A DNA stretch of 40,370 nt from a virus, in the IMG/VR virus record IMGVR_UViG_3300019458_000016, positions 1-40,370 of that record; one strand, written 5' to 3'. Position 1 is the stretch's first letter. Each line of letters begins with the position of its first letter. Position numbers and translations under genes: made by a program. The notes under the pieces were generated by a model. It searched no databases, was not told the origin of the DNA, and worked only from the letters and a program-made list of their open reading frames with translations. Shown piece after piece: positions 1-8,458 of the stretch.

Positions 1-123
1 GTAAGGGGAGATTTAAAATGGCAACAATTAGTTTATCAAGAAAGGCCCTGAGAATGGGTAAGGCGGGCGTACCTGTCAATGATTGGAATGATCTGATAAC
101 GGTACTTAATGCTATAGTAACAC
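1..123. repeat. Left copy of an exact 123-bp terminal direct repeat (identical to 40248..40370)
   Basis: Base-by-base identity of 1..123 with 40248..40370. The repeat starts 17 nt upstream of ORF 18..260 and ends inside it. Confidence 0.97.
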
Positions 124-260
124 TTAATACAGATTTGAAAACTCAGTATGCTGCTCTATTAGCCAAACTAGATGCTGATGGCGGTGTAACAGACACGGAT
201 TATGCTGCAACTGTAGGTACAACTGCTGCTACACCTGACAGTTTAGCATTGGTAAAATAG
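18..260 (+). CDS. Hypothetical 80-aa protein in the virion-gene arm
   Basis: ATG at 18 is preceded by the SD-like AAGGGGAG (3..10). Its 5' part lies inside the terminal repeat. No recognisable domain. Confidence 0.7.
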   Translation: MATISLSRKALRMGKAGVPVNDWNDLITVLNAIVTLNTDLKTQYAALLAKLDADGGVTDTDYAATVGTTAATPDSLALVK

Positions 261-298
261 TCTGTTCATAAAAATAGGTTGTACACAAAAGGTGAACA

Positions 299-1804
299 TT
301 GGATATTCTTGAACAAAAAATAAAGTCTGTTTCGGCTGAATCTAAAATAGCAGCACTTAGAGCCATTTATGCTAAAGATTTTAAATTATATTTAAAAAAT
401 TTAGTATATTCTTTAGATGAACATTCTAAAACAGGAGAAGCAATCAAAAGACTTCCTGATTGGGACTATCTATATGAGTTGGCTGATGATCTGTTAAAAT
501 ATAATTGGATATTTGTGTTGAAATCCAGACAGATCATGGCAACATGGTTATTGGTAGCTTATGAATTATGGATAATTCTTTTTCATAAAGGAAAAAAAGT
601 AGCATTTCAATCTAAAAAAGGAGATGATGCTGATTCTTTAATTCAGAGAGCCAAAATTATTTATGATAAATTGCCAGGTTGGAAACCCCAGGCAGATTTT
701 AGTTATTGCCGTATTAAAATACCTGAAATGTATTCTGATGGATTTGGAATTCCACAAGGGCCAGAACAGGCTAGATCATATACTTTTAGTAGTTTCTTTT
801 CAGATGAATTTGGTTTTCAAGAAAATAGAGAGAAAACTTTTGCTGCATCCAAGCCCGCTGTAGATGGTGGTGGACAGTTTATTGCTATTACAACTCCCCC
901 AGAAGAAACGGACTTTGTTTCAGTATGGGAAGGAAATGAAGTATTTCAAGAACCAAAAGGCAAGTTTGTTAAAATTCACTATAGTCGCAGACCAGACCGT
1001 GATGAGGCATGGAAACAGGAAGCAAAGAAAGGTTATACAGAAGATGATTGGAACCGCGAATATGAGTTAATCAGTGTTCCTAGAGGACTTCGTAGAGTAT
1101 TTAATTGTTTCTTCGTTACTAAACACGTTAATCCTTTTTTAATATACCAACCTGGCCGACCTGTATTAAGAGGTTGGGATTTTGGTTTTGTAAGACCAGC
1201 GGTAGGATGGAGTCAAATTACAGATAGAGATCATTGGAATGATTTATATGAATTGCTCGGACATAATGAAGATTTGGAAACATTTGTTCCTAAAATAATT
1301 AAAGAATCAAATTTACATTTTCCAGATGCTCAATTTATAGAGTATGTAGATTATGCTGGCAATCAGAGATCAGATAAAAGTAAATTAACTTCAATTCAAA
1401 TTATGAGAGATTTATTAAAAATTCCAACTAATCAACCTATTTATTGTAAACCCAGATTAGATATAGAAGAAGGACATAAGATTATTAGAAATAAAATGAT
1501 CACAATGAATGGAGACAGGCCTACTTATCAGATTCATCCATCATGTAAACACTCTATTGATGCGTATAGTTATGGCTATTTATACAAAGCTGACGGAATA
1601 GATATAGTGGCCGATAAAGGTCATGGTAAAGAAAAAGAAAAAGATTATTATAAACACTTAATGGACGCCCGAAGATACCGTATGCAGAATATCTATAGTC
1701 CTATAACAGGAGGGCATCTTAATATAATTACTAAATTAAATGCTCGTAAAACTTCTAGCCCTATAAGTATTACACAAAGACTTAATGCAAGAAAGGTGAG
1801 TTAA
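299..1804 (+). CDS. terL: Terminase large subunit
   Basis: 501 aa with a TTG start. Motifs seen: deviant Walker A-like LKSRQIMAT, Walker B-like FFSDEFGF, and nuclease-domain aspartate motifs RGWDFGF and HLMDARRY. The stop overlaps the next start (TAATG at 1802..1806). Confidence 0.9.
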   Translation: MDILEQKIKSVSAESKIAALRAIYAKDFKLYLKNLVYSLDEHSKTGEAIKRLPDWDYLYELADDLLKYNWIFVLKSRQIMATWLLVAYELWIILFHKGKKVAFQSKKGDDADSLIQRAKIIYDKLPGWKPQADFSYCRIKIPEMYSDGFGIPQGPEQARSYTFSSFFSDEFGFQENREKTFAASKPAVDGGGQFIAITTPPEETDFVSVWEGNEVFQEPKGKFVKIHYSRRPDRDEAWKQEAKKGYTEDDWNREYELISVPRGLRRVFNCFFVTKHVNPFLIYQPGRPVLRGWDFGFVRPAVGWSQITDRDHWNDLYELLGHNEDLETFVPKIIKESNLHFPDAQFIEYVDYAGNQRSDKSKLTSIQIMRDLLKIPTNQPIYCKPRLDIEEGHKIIRNKMITMNGDRPTYQIHPSCKHSIDAYSYGYLYKADGIDIVADKGHGKEKEKDYYKHLMDARRYRMQNIYSPITGGHLNIITKLNARKTSSPISITQRLNARKVS

Positions 1805-3921
1805 TGCCAACAGTAATAAATGATAAAGAAAACTATATGGGCGAATCAGACCAGGAGTTCACCATTGATCCAAAGAATTATGCTAGTGATGAAGAATTAT
1901 CTGGTCGAGCATTGGAGTTAGTACGAAGTATTGGTATAGAATTAGAAACTAGACGTTCTTCTTTAAATGAAAGATATCTTGAATACTACAATGCTTATCG
2001 TTGTCAATTCGACGTCCGTTATTATCAAGGAGAATCGCAAGTTTATATTCCAGAAATTCGTAAAATTGTAGAACAGTGGGTAAGTAGAGTTAAAAAAGCC
2101 TTATTTCCTACAGATGATGTTTTTGAAGTTGAACCTATTGATCCAGAGCAAGAAGATGAAGCTGAATTAATAGAAGATTATTTAAAATGGACTATTGATA
2201 AAAGAGTAAAATTAAAATCTTCTATAGATCGTTTTCTTAGAAATCTGGGACTATATGGGTGGGCATTGGTTGAATGTGGATGGGAAGAAGATATTAAAAA
2301 GGTGCTTGGCCTTGCCAAGAGACAGAAACCAATATTTATTACAGAAGTTGATCCAATTACAGGAGAGAAAACTCAAGTAGAAACTGGTGAAGTTGAGACA
2401 GAAGTTTATGAGACTGTAAAAGAAATTGTCAAAAAAAGAAATCCAACTTTTGATTCTTTAGATAATTTTGCTGCTTATATGTGGCCTAATACTGCCAATT
2501 CTATAGATGAAGTATATGGGGTTTTAACTTTTAGTAAACCTACATTGAATGATTTATTAGTCAAACAGCATAAAGGAATTTATGAAAATATTCCAGACCA
2601 TGTTTCAGAACGATTAGATATGATGGATCAATGGAAATGGGCATTAGAGGCAAGATTAAATGTTGATGGATTGTCTGATGAAGAATATAGAAATATTGTT
2701 CCTAGACTTACATTAATTAAATATTATGGACTATTCAATTGGGGAACAGAAACAAATCCAGATGAGCAAGAAACAGTTATTACAACTATTGGTGGGAATA
2801 TTTGTATTGAGCTAAGAAAGTGTCAATACTATGATCAGGATAAACCATATCTTTTAGCCAGAATTAATGAATTACAAAATGAAACTCATTCAATGGGTAT
2901 TGTAGCTCCTTTGATATCTATGCAGTGGTATTTGAATGATACAGCAGCACAAACATTTGACAGTAGTTATTACAGTTTAAATCCGATTGTCAAATATAAT
3001 CCTGGTATGGTTTTAAATATTGATTCTATTGCTTTTGCGCCAGGGGCTATGTGGGCTTTGAGCGATCCTACTGCTGCTGATATTATTAGACCACCGGAAG
3101 TTGCTAGTCTTGGTTTTCAAATTATGGGGGCTGTTAAAAGTTATATTGAAGAATATCCTGGTTTACAGAATGTACCTATTACTGGGCGAAAAGCTGCATT
3201 ACATATTCAGGCATTACAAGAACAATATTTAGTACCAATCCAACAGGTTGTAGAGAATTTAGAAGAAACTGTTATGTCCCCCTGGTTAAAGAAAGCATAT
3301 AATCGTATTCAACAGTTTTTAAATAAGGCTGAAATTGTAAAGGTTACAGGTAAAAATGGTATGAAATATTGGAGAACCATTTCGCCTGAGAATCTAGTTG
3401 GAGACTATAATTTTTATTGGCGTGGAGCAAATCAAACAACTAATCTTCATGTAAAGTCTCAACAGATAGCCCAATATTTAAATACATTGGCTCCTTGGGT
3501 TCCATTATTTTTACAGACACAGAAGATACCAAATGTTCAATGGTTATTTGAACAATACTGGTCAGATGGTTTGGGATTAAAAGGCAAAAATAAATTATTT
3601 GATAGTTTAGCTGATTATCCTAGTCTTGAACCTGAGATTGAAAACTTTATTATGTCTCTTGGTAAACCATTGCCTACTAGTGTTGCTGATGATCCACAAT
3701 ATCATATGCAGGTACATGAGATTCTTCTTCAACATGAAAGTCAAGAAGTAAGACAGATTGGACAGATGCATATTCAGAAACATAATGAAGATTTAGTAAA
3801 ATTGCAGAAGTTGATGCAGCAACAAATTCCTGCTCAAGACATACAGAATCAAAATGAGGCTGAAGCTAGCGGAGAAGAAGTACAAGGAGAAAGACAAATG
3901 GAATCTAACCAACCAGTTTAA
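1804..3921 (+). CDS. Portal protein (call rests on position and size)
   Basis: 705-aa ORF translationally coupled to terL and located upstream of the scaffold and capsid genes. It has a Q/E-rich acidic C-terminus. No motif-level proof by eye. Confidence 0.75.
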   Translation: MPTVINDKENYMGESDQEFTIDPKNYASDEELSGRALELVRSIGIELETRRSSLNERYLEYYNAYRCQFDVRYYQGESQVYIPEIRKIVEQWVSRVKKALFPTDDVFEVEPIDPEQEDEAELIEDYLKWTIDKRVKLKSSIDRFLRNLGLYGWALVECGWEEDIKKVLGLAKRQKPIFITEVDPITGEKTQVETGEVETEVYETVKEIVKKRNPTFDSLDNFAAYMWPNTANSIDEVYGVLTFSKPTLNDLLVKQHKGIYENIPDHVSERLDMMDQWKWALEARLNVDGLSDEEYRNIVPRLTLIKYYGLFNWGTETNPDEQETVITTIGGNICIELRKCQYYDQDKPYLLARINELQNETHSMGIVAPLISMQWYLNDTAAQTFDSSYYSLNPIVKYNPGMVLNIDSIAFAPGAMWALSDPTAADIIRPPEVASLGFQIMGAVKSYIEEYPGLQNVPITGRKAALHIQALQEQYLVPIQQVVENLEETVMSPWLKKAYNRIQQFLNKAEIVKVTGKNGMKYWRTISPENLVGDYNFYWRGANQTTNLHVKSQQIAQYLNTLAPWVPLFLQTQKIPNVQWLFEQYWSDGLGLKGKNKLFDSLADYPSLEPEIENFIMSLGKPLPTSVADDPQYHMQVHEILLQHESQEVRQIGQMHIQKHNEDLVKLQKLMQQQIPAQDIQNQNEAEASGEEVQGERQMESNQPV

Positions 3922-3937
3922 TAAGGGAGGAATAGTA

Positions 3938-4135
3938 ATGCCTATGCAATATAATACCTGGGAAAAAGCTGAAAAAAGATATAAAGAAATGGGAATGTCT
4001 GAAAATCAAATTGGACAATATAAAAAATCATGGATGAAGAAACATAAAAAAGATACTTCCATAGCTGGTAAAATTAAAAGTAGAAAGAAAACATTAGAAG
4101 AATTAGAGCAATCATTAGATGGGAAGGAATTTTAA
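3938..4135 (+). CDS. Small basic hypothetical protein (65 aa)
   Basis: ATG at 3938 lies 7 nt after the SD AAGGGAGG (3923..3930). The ORF-track start at 3854 would overlap the portal gene and has no SD. Confidence 0.6.
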   Translation: MPMQYNTWEKAEKRYKEMGMSENQIGQYKKSWMKKHKKDTSIAGKIKSRKKTLEELEQSLDGKEF

Positions 4136-4137
4136 AG

Positions 4138-4305
4138 ATGCCACTTACTAAAAAAGGACGAGAGATTAAAAAGGCTATGCAGAAACATTATGGTAAAGAA
4201 AAAGGTGAACAGGTATTTTATGCTTCTGAGAATAAAGGAACGATCAAAGGCGTAACTAGAAAAGAACGGAAACTTGAAAAACGACTAAAGAATAAGAAAA
4301 TTTAA
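4138..4305 (+). CDS. Small basic hypothetical protein (55 aa), below the ORF-track size cutoff
   Basis: ATG at 4138 follows GGAAGGA. Translation is MPLTKKGREIKKAMQKHYGKEKGEQVFYASENKGTIKGV... It fills an otherwise empty gap. Confidence 0.55.
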   Translation: MPLTKKGREIKKAMQKHYGKEKGEQVFYASENKGTIKGVTRKERKLEKRLKNKKI

Positions 4306-4306
4306 C

Positions 4307-4468
4307 ATGAAGATTGATCTAAATAAGTATGATTTTGGTATTGATGAAATTGAAGCAGAACCAAAAGTAAAGAAGTTTAAACTACATTTAAAACCAAAAG
4401 ATAAACAATTAGGTTATACCAAAAAGCCTAATACAAAAAGGGTGATAGATGGAAAAACCGATAATTAA
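4307..4468 (+). CDS. Small hypothetical protein (53 aa), below the ORF-track size cutoff
   Basis: ATG at 4307 lies 1 nt after the previous stop (TAACATG). It overlaps the next ORF by 20 nt. No clear SD. Confidence 0.4.
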   Translation: MKIDLNKYDFGIDEIEAEPKVKKFKLHLKPKDKQLGYTKKPNTKRVIDGKTDN

Positions 4469-4817
4469 AAAAATATCTGATCAAGCTAGTGAACATTGTG
4501 CCAAGATTCTTGAAAATATTAAAGCTGCCGAAGAGTTTGATGAATTGTGTAAAACAAGTCCTGATATGGTTAAACAAATATTTTTAGATGGTATGAGAAC
4601 AGATTTTTGGAGATTATTTAAAGGATTGCTTTATAGAACAAAGTATTCTATGGAGCAGAATCTACAAGCTAAGTCATGTAATACTTTAGATGATTTAGTT
4701 ATGTTAGGAAAATTTAATACTATTTATAAACAAACAGATGAGATAGTGAATATGCCAGAAGCTATTGTCAAAACACTATTACATCGTAAAGAAAAGCCAA
4801 TCGCCGGAGGGCGTTAA
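4449..4817 (+). CDS. Hypothetical protein (122 aa)
   Basis: ATG is preceded by AGGGTGA. The ORF sits in the head-gene block between the portal and scaffold genes. Confidence 0.7.
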   Translation: MEKPIIKKISDQASEHCAKILENIKAAEEFDELCKTSPDMVKQIFLDGMRTDFWRLFKGLLYRTKYSMEQNLQAKSCNTLDDLVMLGKFNTIYKQTDEIVNMPEAIVKTLLHRKEKPIAGGR

Positions 4818-4832
4818 TCTTAGGAGGAACAA

Positions 4833-5561
4833 ATGGCTAAAAACAAAACGTCAGAGACTGATCAGACGTTAAATGATGAAGTCGAAGAAACAGAAGAAAC
4901 TTCTGAGGAACAACCAAAAGAAACAGAGGAAGAAGTCGAAGAAGAAGAGGAAGTGGTTGAGGAAGAGCATGAAGAGAAAGTCCCTTATTCACGTTTTAAG
5001 GACGTGATTGAGGAACGAAATAATCTTCGTAGTCTAACTGAAACACTTACTCAAATTGCTTCACAAAATAAAAATCTAACTCCCCATGATAAAGGTTTTG
5101 AATGGCCTGAAGGTACTGATGTTGAAACTCGTAAAGCTATCGAAAGCTATTACGATAAAAAGACAGGTGCAGACAGGTCATCTACTGAACAGATTCTTGG
5201 TGGAGTATTAGATAAACTTGATGAAGTTAAGGCTTTTTCTAGCCGTCCTGACATTAAGAAACATCTTAATGCTGTAGAGACACTTAGGAAGGAATTTGCC
5301 AATAAAGGGGTCTATCTTACAAGAGAGGATGCGTTTGATATGTTAGTAGGACGTGGAACGATTAAATCTGATAAATCTGGAAAAACTATAAGCGTTAAGA
5401 AAACTAATGTTAAGGTTTCTACAGAAAAATCTGGGGTTCGTGGAGAATCTTCTGATACAACAAGTAATAAAAAGAAAGGCCTATCTAAAATGTCTGATGA
5501 GGAATTAACTAAACTCTCAGATAAAGATTTAGAGAAAGCTATGGAAAACGTAAGATTTTAA
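4833..5561 (+). CDS. Scaffolding protein (putative)
   Basis: Strong SD TAGGAGGA. The N-terminus is highly acidic and E-rich (EETEETSEEQPKETEEEVEEEEEVVEEEHEE) and the remainder is helical and charged. It lies immediately upstream of the capsid gene. Confidence 0.6.
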   Translation: MAKNKTSETDQTLNDEVEETEETSEEQPKETEEEVEEEEEVVEEEHEEKVPYSRFKDVIEERNNLRSLTETLTQIASQNKNLTPHDKGFEWPEGTDVETRKAIESYYDKKTGADRSSTEQILGGVLDKLDEVKAFSSRPDIKKHLNAVETLRKEFANKGVYLTREDAFDMLVGRGTIKSDKSGKTISVKKTNVKVSTEKSGVRGESSDTTSNKKKGLSKMSDEELTKLSDKDLEKAMENVRF

Positions 5562-5589
5562 AAAACACATTAAGGAGTGTGAGTAAGTA

Positions 5590-6999
5590 ATGTTTAATTG
5601 GTTAAAAAATGTGTGCCTGTCTCTTTTGATGCCTTCTATGTCTGGTAGTGCTGGTGAGACCACAAGTGCAGTATTAGGTAATTATACTGTTCAGTCTGGT
5701 TCTGATGCTATTCAGTATATTGCACAAAAGACACTTCGTATTGCACACAAGGTTCTTCGATTTTATGATTTAGCTGAAAAAGCCAAGTTGCCAAGTAGAG
5801 AATCTAAGACATTTCAGTATACTCGTTATGAGAGGTTGCCCCTTCCTATCGCTACTTTGATAGAAACGGTTTCGGGGACTCCTGCTACAATGGCTATTAC
5901 GACTGTCGAAGCAACTGCTGAACAATGGGGTACTTTTGTAACTATCTCAGACGTGGCCGAATTAACTATCAAACATAGCCCATTTATGAAAGCAAATGAG
6001 CTATTAGGGAAAAACTCTGGTGAATTGGTTGAACGGGAATGTTTTAATGTTCTCGTAACTGGTACATCTATTTTCTTCCCTGGTACTATTACGGCTAGAT
6101 CTTCAATAACTTCAACTGATGTTGTTGGGGTAGATACATGGAGAAGGATGGTTGCTGATATTCGCAATAAAGGTGCGGATGGTATGCAACGCAGTAAGGA
6201 TGCGGAAGATAATGAATTGGGAGACGAATATATTGCTGTTCTTGACCCATTCATGGAATTTGATGTTAGTTCCGATCCAGACTTTATTGATTCTGTGAAA
6301 TATGCTGCTGCAAAGCGACTTTGGAATGGAGAGATTGGTAAACTTGTAGGAACACGATTCTTGCGATCTAATTCTCTGCCCACTCTGATTAGCTCTGCTG
6401 CTCCAACACAGGCTACAAATGAGGGTGGTGGAAACATCCCTTTGCGATATGTACGGACAATTTGTGTAGGTTATGATACTACATTTAATTATCCTACATT
6501 GATCACACAAGCTGTAGAGAATGATTTGGGCGCTGGCGATACTGACGATTCAGTTAGCGTAACTACACCTAATAACTCTGCTTATCGGTGGAAGATTTTT
6601 ACAAGTAATAGTGCGTCTGCTGGTGCTGCTACTGCTACGAAATATCGTCAAGCAGGTAGTGGGTTTTTAGCACAAAATGTTACTGTAGAAATCGGTGATA
6701 CAGCTAATGCGAATGGTACTACTATCTTTGCACTTGTTACTTCTGGCGAATCTGCTGGCAGTATCTTGGCTGAAATGCAATCTTCTACTAGCAAAGTCCA
6801 CGTTGGATTTTTGTTTGGTAGGGAAGCCTATACTGTTGTTGATCTACAAAATCTAACTTCTACCTTAACCCCCCCTGGGGCATCTACAGGTGATGAGTTA
6901 GGTTTGAAGCGTAGTGTTGGTTACAAACTGATGTTTAAATGTGTAATCAATAACAACAATTTCTTTAGCCGTGTAGAGGCTGAATCTGCATTTGATTAA
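5590..6999 (+). CDS. Major capsid protein (HK97-fold type, putative)
   Basis: 469 aa directly after the scaffold gene. The N-terminal region AQKTLRIAHKVLRFYDLAEKAKLPSRESKTFQYTRYERL resembles the conserved N-arm/P-domain start of podoviral capsid proteins (from memory). It is followed by hairpins. Confidence 0.8.
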   Translation: MFNWLKNVCLSLLMPSMSGSAGETTSAVLGNYTVQSGSDAIQYIAQKTLRIAHKVLRFYDLAEKAKLPSRESKTFQYTRYERLPLPIATLIETVSGTPATMAITTVEATAEQWGTFVTISDVAELTIKHSPFMKANELLGKNSGELVERECFNVLVTGTSIFFPGTITARSSITSTDVVGVDTWRRMVADIRNKGADGMQRSKDAEDNELGDEYIAVLDPFMEFDVSSDPDFIDSVKYAAAKRLWNGEIGKLVGTRFLRSNSLPTLISSAAPTQATNEGGGNIPLRYVRTICVGYDTTFNYPTLITQAVENDLGAGDTDDSVSVTTPNNSAYRWKIFTSNSASAGAATATKYRQAGSGFLAQNVTVEIGDTANANGTTIFALVTSGESAGSILAEMQSSTSKVHVGFLFGREAYTVVDLQNLTSTLTPPGASTGDELGLKRSVGYKLMFKCVINNNNFFSRVEAESAFD

Positions 7000-7141
7000 T
7001 CTTAGCTGATGAAATGCTAATAGGCTAGGATTTGGGTGGAGTAGTACCAATTTATAAAATCTTTATAAGTGTTGGTGCGAGGATGATCACAAATAGCATG
7101 TGATGAGGGTTACTTTTGCTATACAAAAATAGAGGATAAAA

Positions 7142-7729
7142 ATGTCCAAAAAATTGTCAGATTTTGAAGAAAGTTTATTTGAACCAGAATCTATTGAATT
7201 AAAAGGAGTTATAATAAACGCTGGTGAAGTGAAAACTGGTTATATAAGCCCTTTAAAAAGACGGGGTAGACCAAAGGGTTCCAAGAATAAAGTAAAAGAT
7301 AGTGCCGGAGTAGCTCCAAAGGCAGAGCAGTTGCCTTGTAAGCAAACGGTTGAAGGTTCAAATCCTTCCTCCGGCTCCATTGATTCTAAGATAGAAAAAA
7401 TAGAAAAATCATTAGACTTATTAACTCAAATTGTTTCTGGATTAGTTGATACTAAAAAGAAAGAACAAGATGATGCTGCCAAACTTTTACTAGAGACTGC
7501 CAAATCTGTTCAAGATAAGATTGAAAATACAAATGAACCTAAAATAAATGTTAATGTTGATCCTGAAATTACTATAAATGGTGTACGATATTATGGTTTG
7601 GTTAATGTGCCAATTAGTTTAGCAAATAGATTAAAAGATATGATGAAATCTAGATCAGATATGAGAGCAATGGAACCTGTATTTGTTGATCATAGAACAG
7701 GACAACCATTAGCTATATTGAAAGGATAA
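7142..7729 (+). CDS. Hypothetical protein (195 aa) with an AT-hook-like KRRGRPKGSKNK; the ORF contains a complete tRNA gene
   Basis: SD AGAGGA lies 5 nt before the ATG. No alternative start codon exists downstream of the tRNA for the protein-like C-terminal half. Whether the whole ORF is translated is uncertain. Confidence 0.5.
   Translation: MSKKLSDFEESLFEPESIELKGVIINAGEVKTGYISPLKRRGRPKGSKNKVKDSAGVAPKAEQLPCKQTVEGSNPSSGSIDSKIEKIEKSLDLLTQIVSGLVDTKKKEQDDAAKLLLETAKSVQDKIENTNEPKINVNVDPEITINGVRYYGLVNVPISLANRLKDMMKSRSDMRAMEPVFVDHRTGQPLAILKG
7304..7379 (+). tRNA. tRNA-Thr (anticodon UGU) with encoded CCA
   Basis: Manual cloverleaf fold. Acceptor stem is 7/7 bp (GCCGGAG/CTCCGGC). D stem GCTC/GAGC has a GG-containing loop. 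Anticodon stem is 4 bp plus a G-A mismatch, with loop CTTGTAA. Variable loop is 5 nt. T arm is GAAGG-TTCAAAT-CCTTC. Discriminator T is followed by CCA. The only oddity is C at position 14. Confidence 0.85.
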
Positions 7730-7733
7730 TATA

Positions 7734-8003
7734 ATGTTTAATTTTTTTAAGAAAAAGCCTGTAGCCATTATTCAGGTTTCAAGACATACAGCACCAGAAG
7801 AATCTGCTTCAATAACAGTTAATGCTTATAAACTTGATCGTAATGACATTTATAAGGCTATACAAGAAGCAGGGGAAGCTATGAGACTCCGATTAATGGA
7901 AAATAATAAAATTGCTTTAGATTGTGCCAGAATAGATGAAGGTGAAGTTAGCAAAGAACGGGTACAAGATGTGCCTAATAAGCCAATAAGGAGAGTGAAG
8001 TAA
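7734..8003 (+). CDS. Hypothetical protein (89 aa)
   Basis: ORF packed between neighbours in the head/tail-gene block. No recognisable domain. Confidence 0.7.
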   Translation: MFNFFKKKPVAIIQVSRHTAPEESASITVNAYKLDRNDIYKAIQEAGEAMRLRLMENNKIALDCARIDEGEVSKERVQDVPNKPIRRVK

Positions 8004-8237
8004 TTGGCAACTTTTATTAGAAAGCATAGATCAGGGCCAATTAGACAAGGCCCTGTAGTTGGAACAATACAATCCCAGATTAATTTTTCTGGTAACGGGG
8101 ATAATATATTAGTTGCTGTTTCTTCTGGAAGGATTATTAGAGTACATAATCAACTATTTGGACAACAGGAATACCCAGTAATGATCCTGCTGGATATTTA
8201 GAGATTTTAGTTGGAGCAAACGCAAGATATATTCCAT
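8004..8237 (+). pseudogene. Short, frame-disrupted paralog of gene 36305..36673
   Basis: Frame 0 (8004..8201) reads ...QSQINFSGNGDNILVAVSSGRIIRV..., against QDQVNFNGNGDNVIIAAVPGRKILV in the paralog. The -1 frame from ~8148 to the TAA at 8235..8237 reads IPSNDPAGYLEILVGANARYIPFWV, against IVTNPGESLILNSSAVIQVGGFIVYNVL at the paralog C-terminus. Confidence 0.45.
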
Positions 8238-8257
8238 TTTGGGTATAAGGAGAATAA

Positions 8258-8458
8258 ATGTATAATCAAGAATATGTAGATCAATTAATTTATTTAATTG
8301 GTTTAAAAGAAGTAAATTTACAAATGAAAATGGCTGATGTTCTTAAATTATCTCCAATAGCACAACAATATGTTTTAGAACAAAAAAATAACAAAGAAAT
8401 AGAAGATATGGAACGTATGAAAAGATTTTTTAATCAATATATAGAGGAAGTGAAATAA
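8258..8458 (+). CDS. Hypothetical protein (66 aa)
   Basis: SD AAGGAG upstream. The stop overlaps the next start (TAATG). Confidence 0.7.
   Translation: MYNQEYVDQLIYLIGLKEVNLQMKMADVLKLSPIAQQYVLEQKNNKEIEDMERMKRFFNQYIEEVK

Noticed and set aside
663-1070. Plus-strand ORFs 663..863 and 864..1070
   Set aside because: They are off-frame ORFs wholly inside terL. Their translations are not protein-like and no ribosome-binding sites are present.
5826-6510. Two long minus-strand ORFs (203 and 132 aa) inside the capsid gene
   Set aside because: They are antisense to a well-supported 469-aa capsid ORF, have low-complexity S/P/A-rich translations and have no SD. They are typical shadow ORFs.
7005-7107. 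CUGAUGA (7005..7011) and UGAUGAG (7101..7107) strings suggestive of a hammerhead ribozyme core
   Set aside because: I could not draw the required stem II followed by GAAA, nor a stem III/cleavage-site arrangement, around either string. They are more likely chance heptamers inside ordinary hairpin loops.
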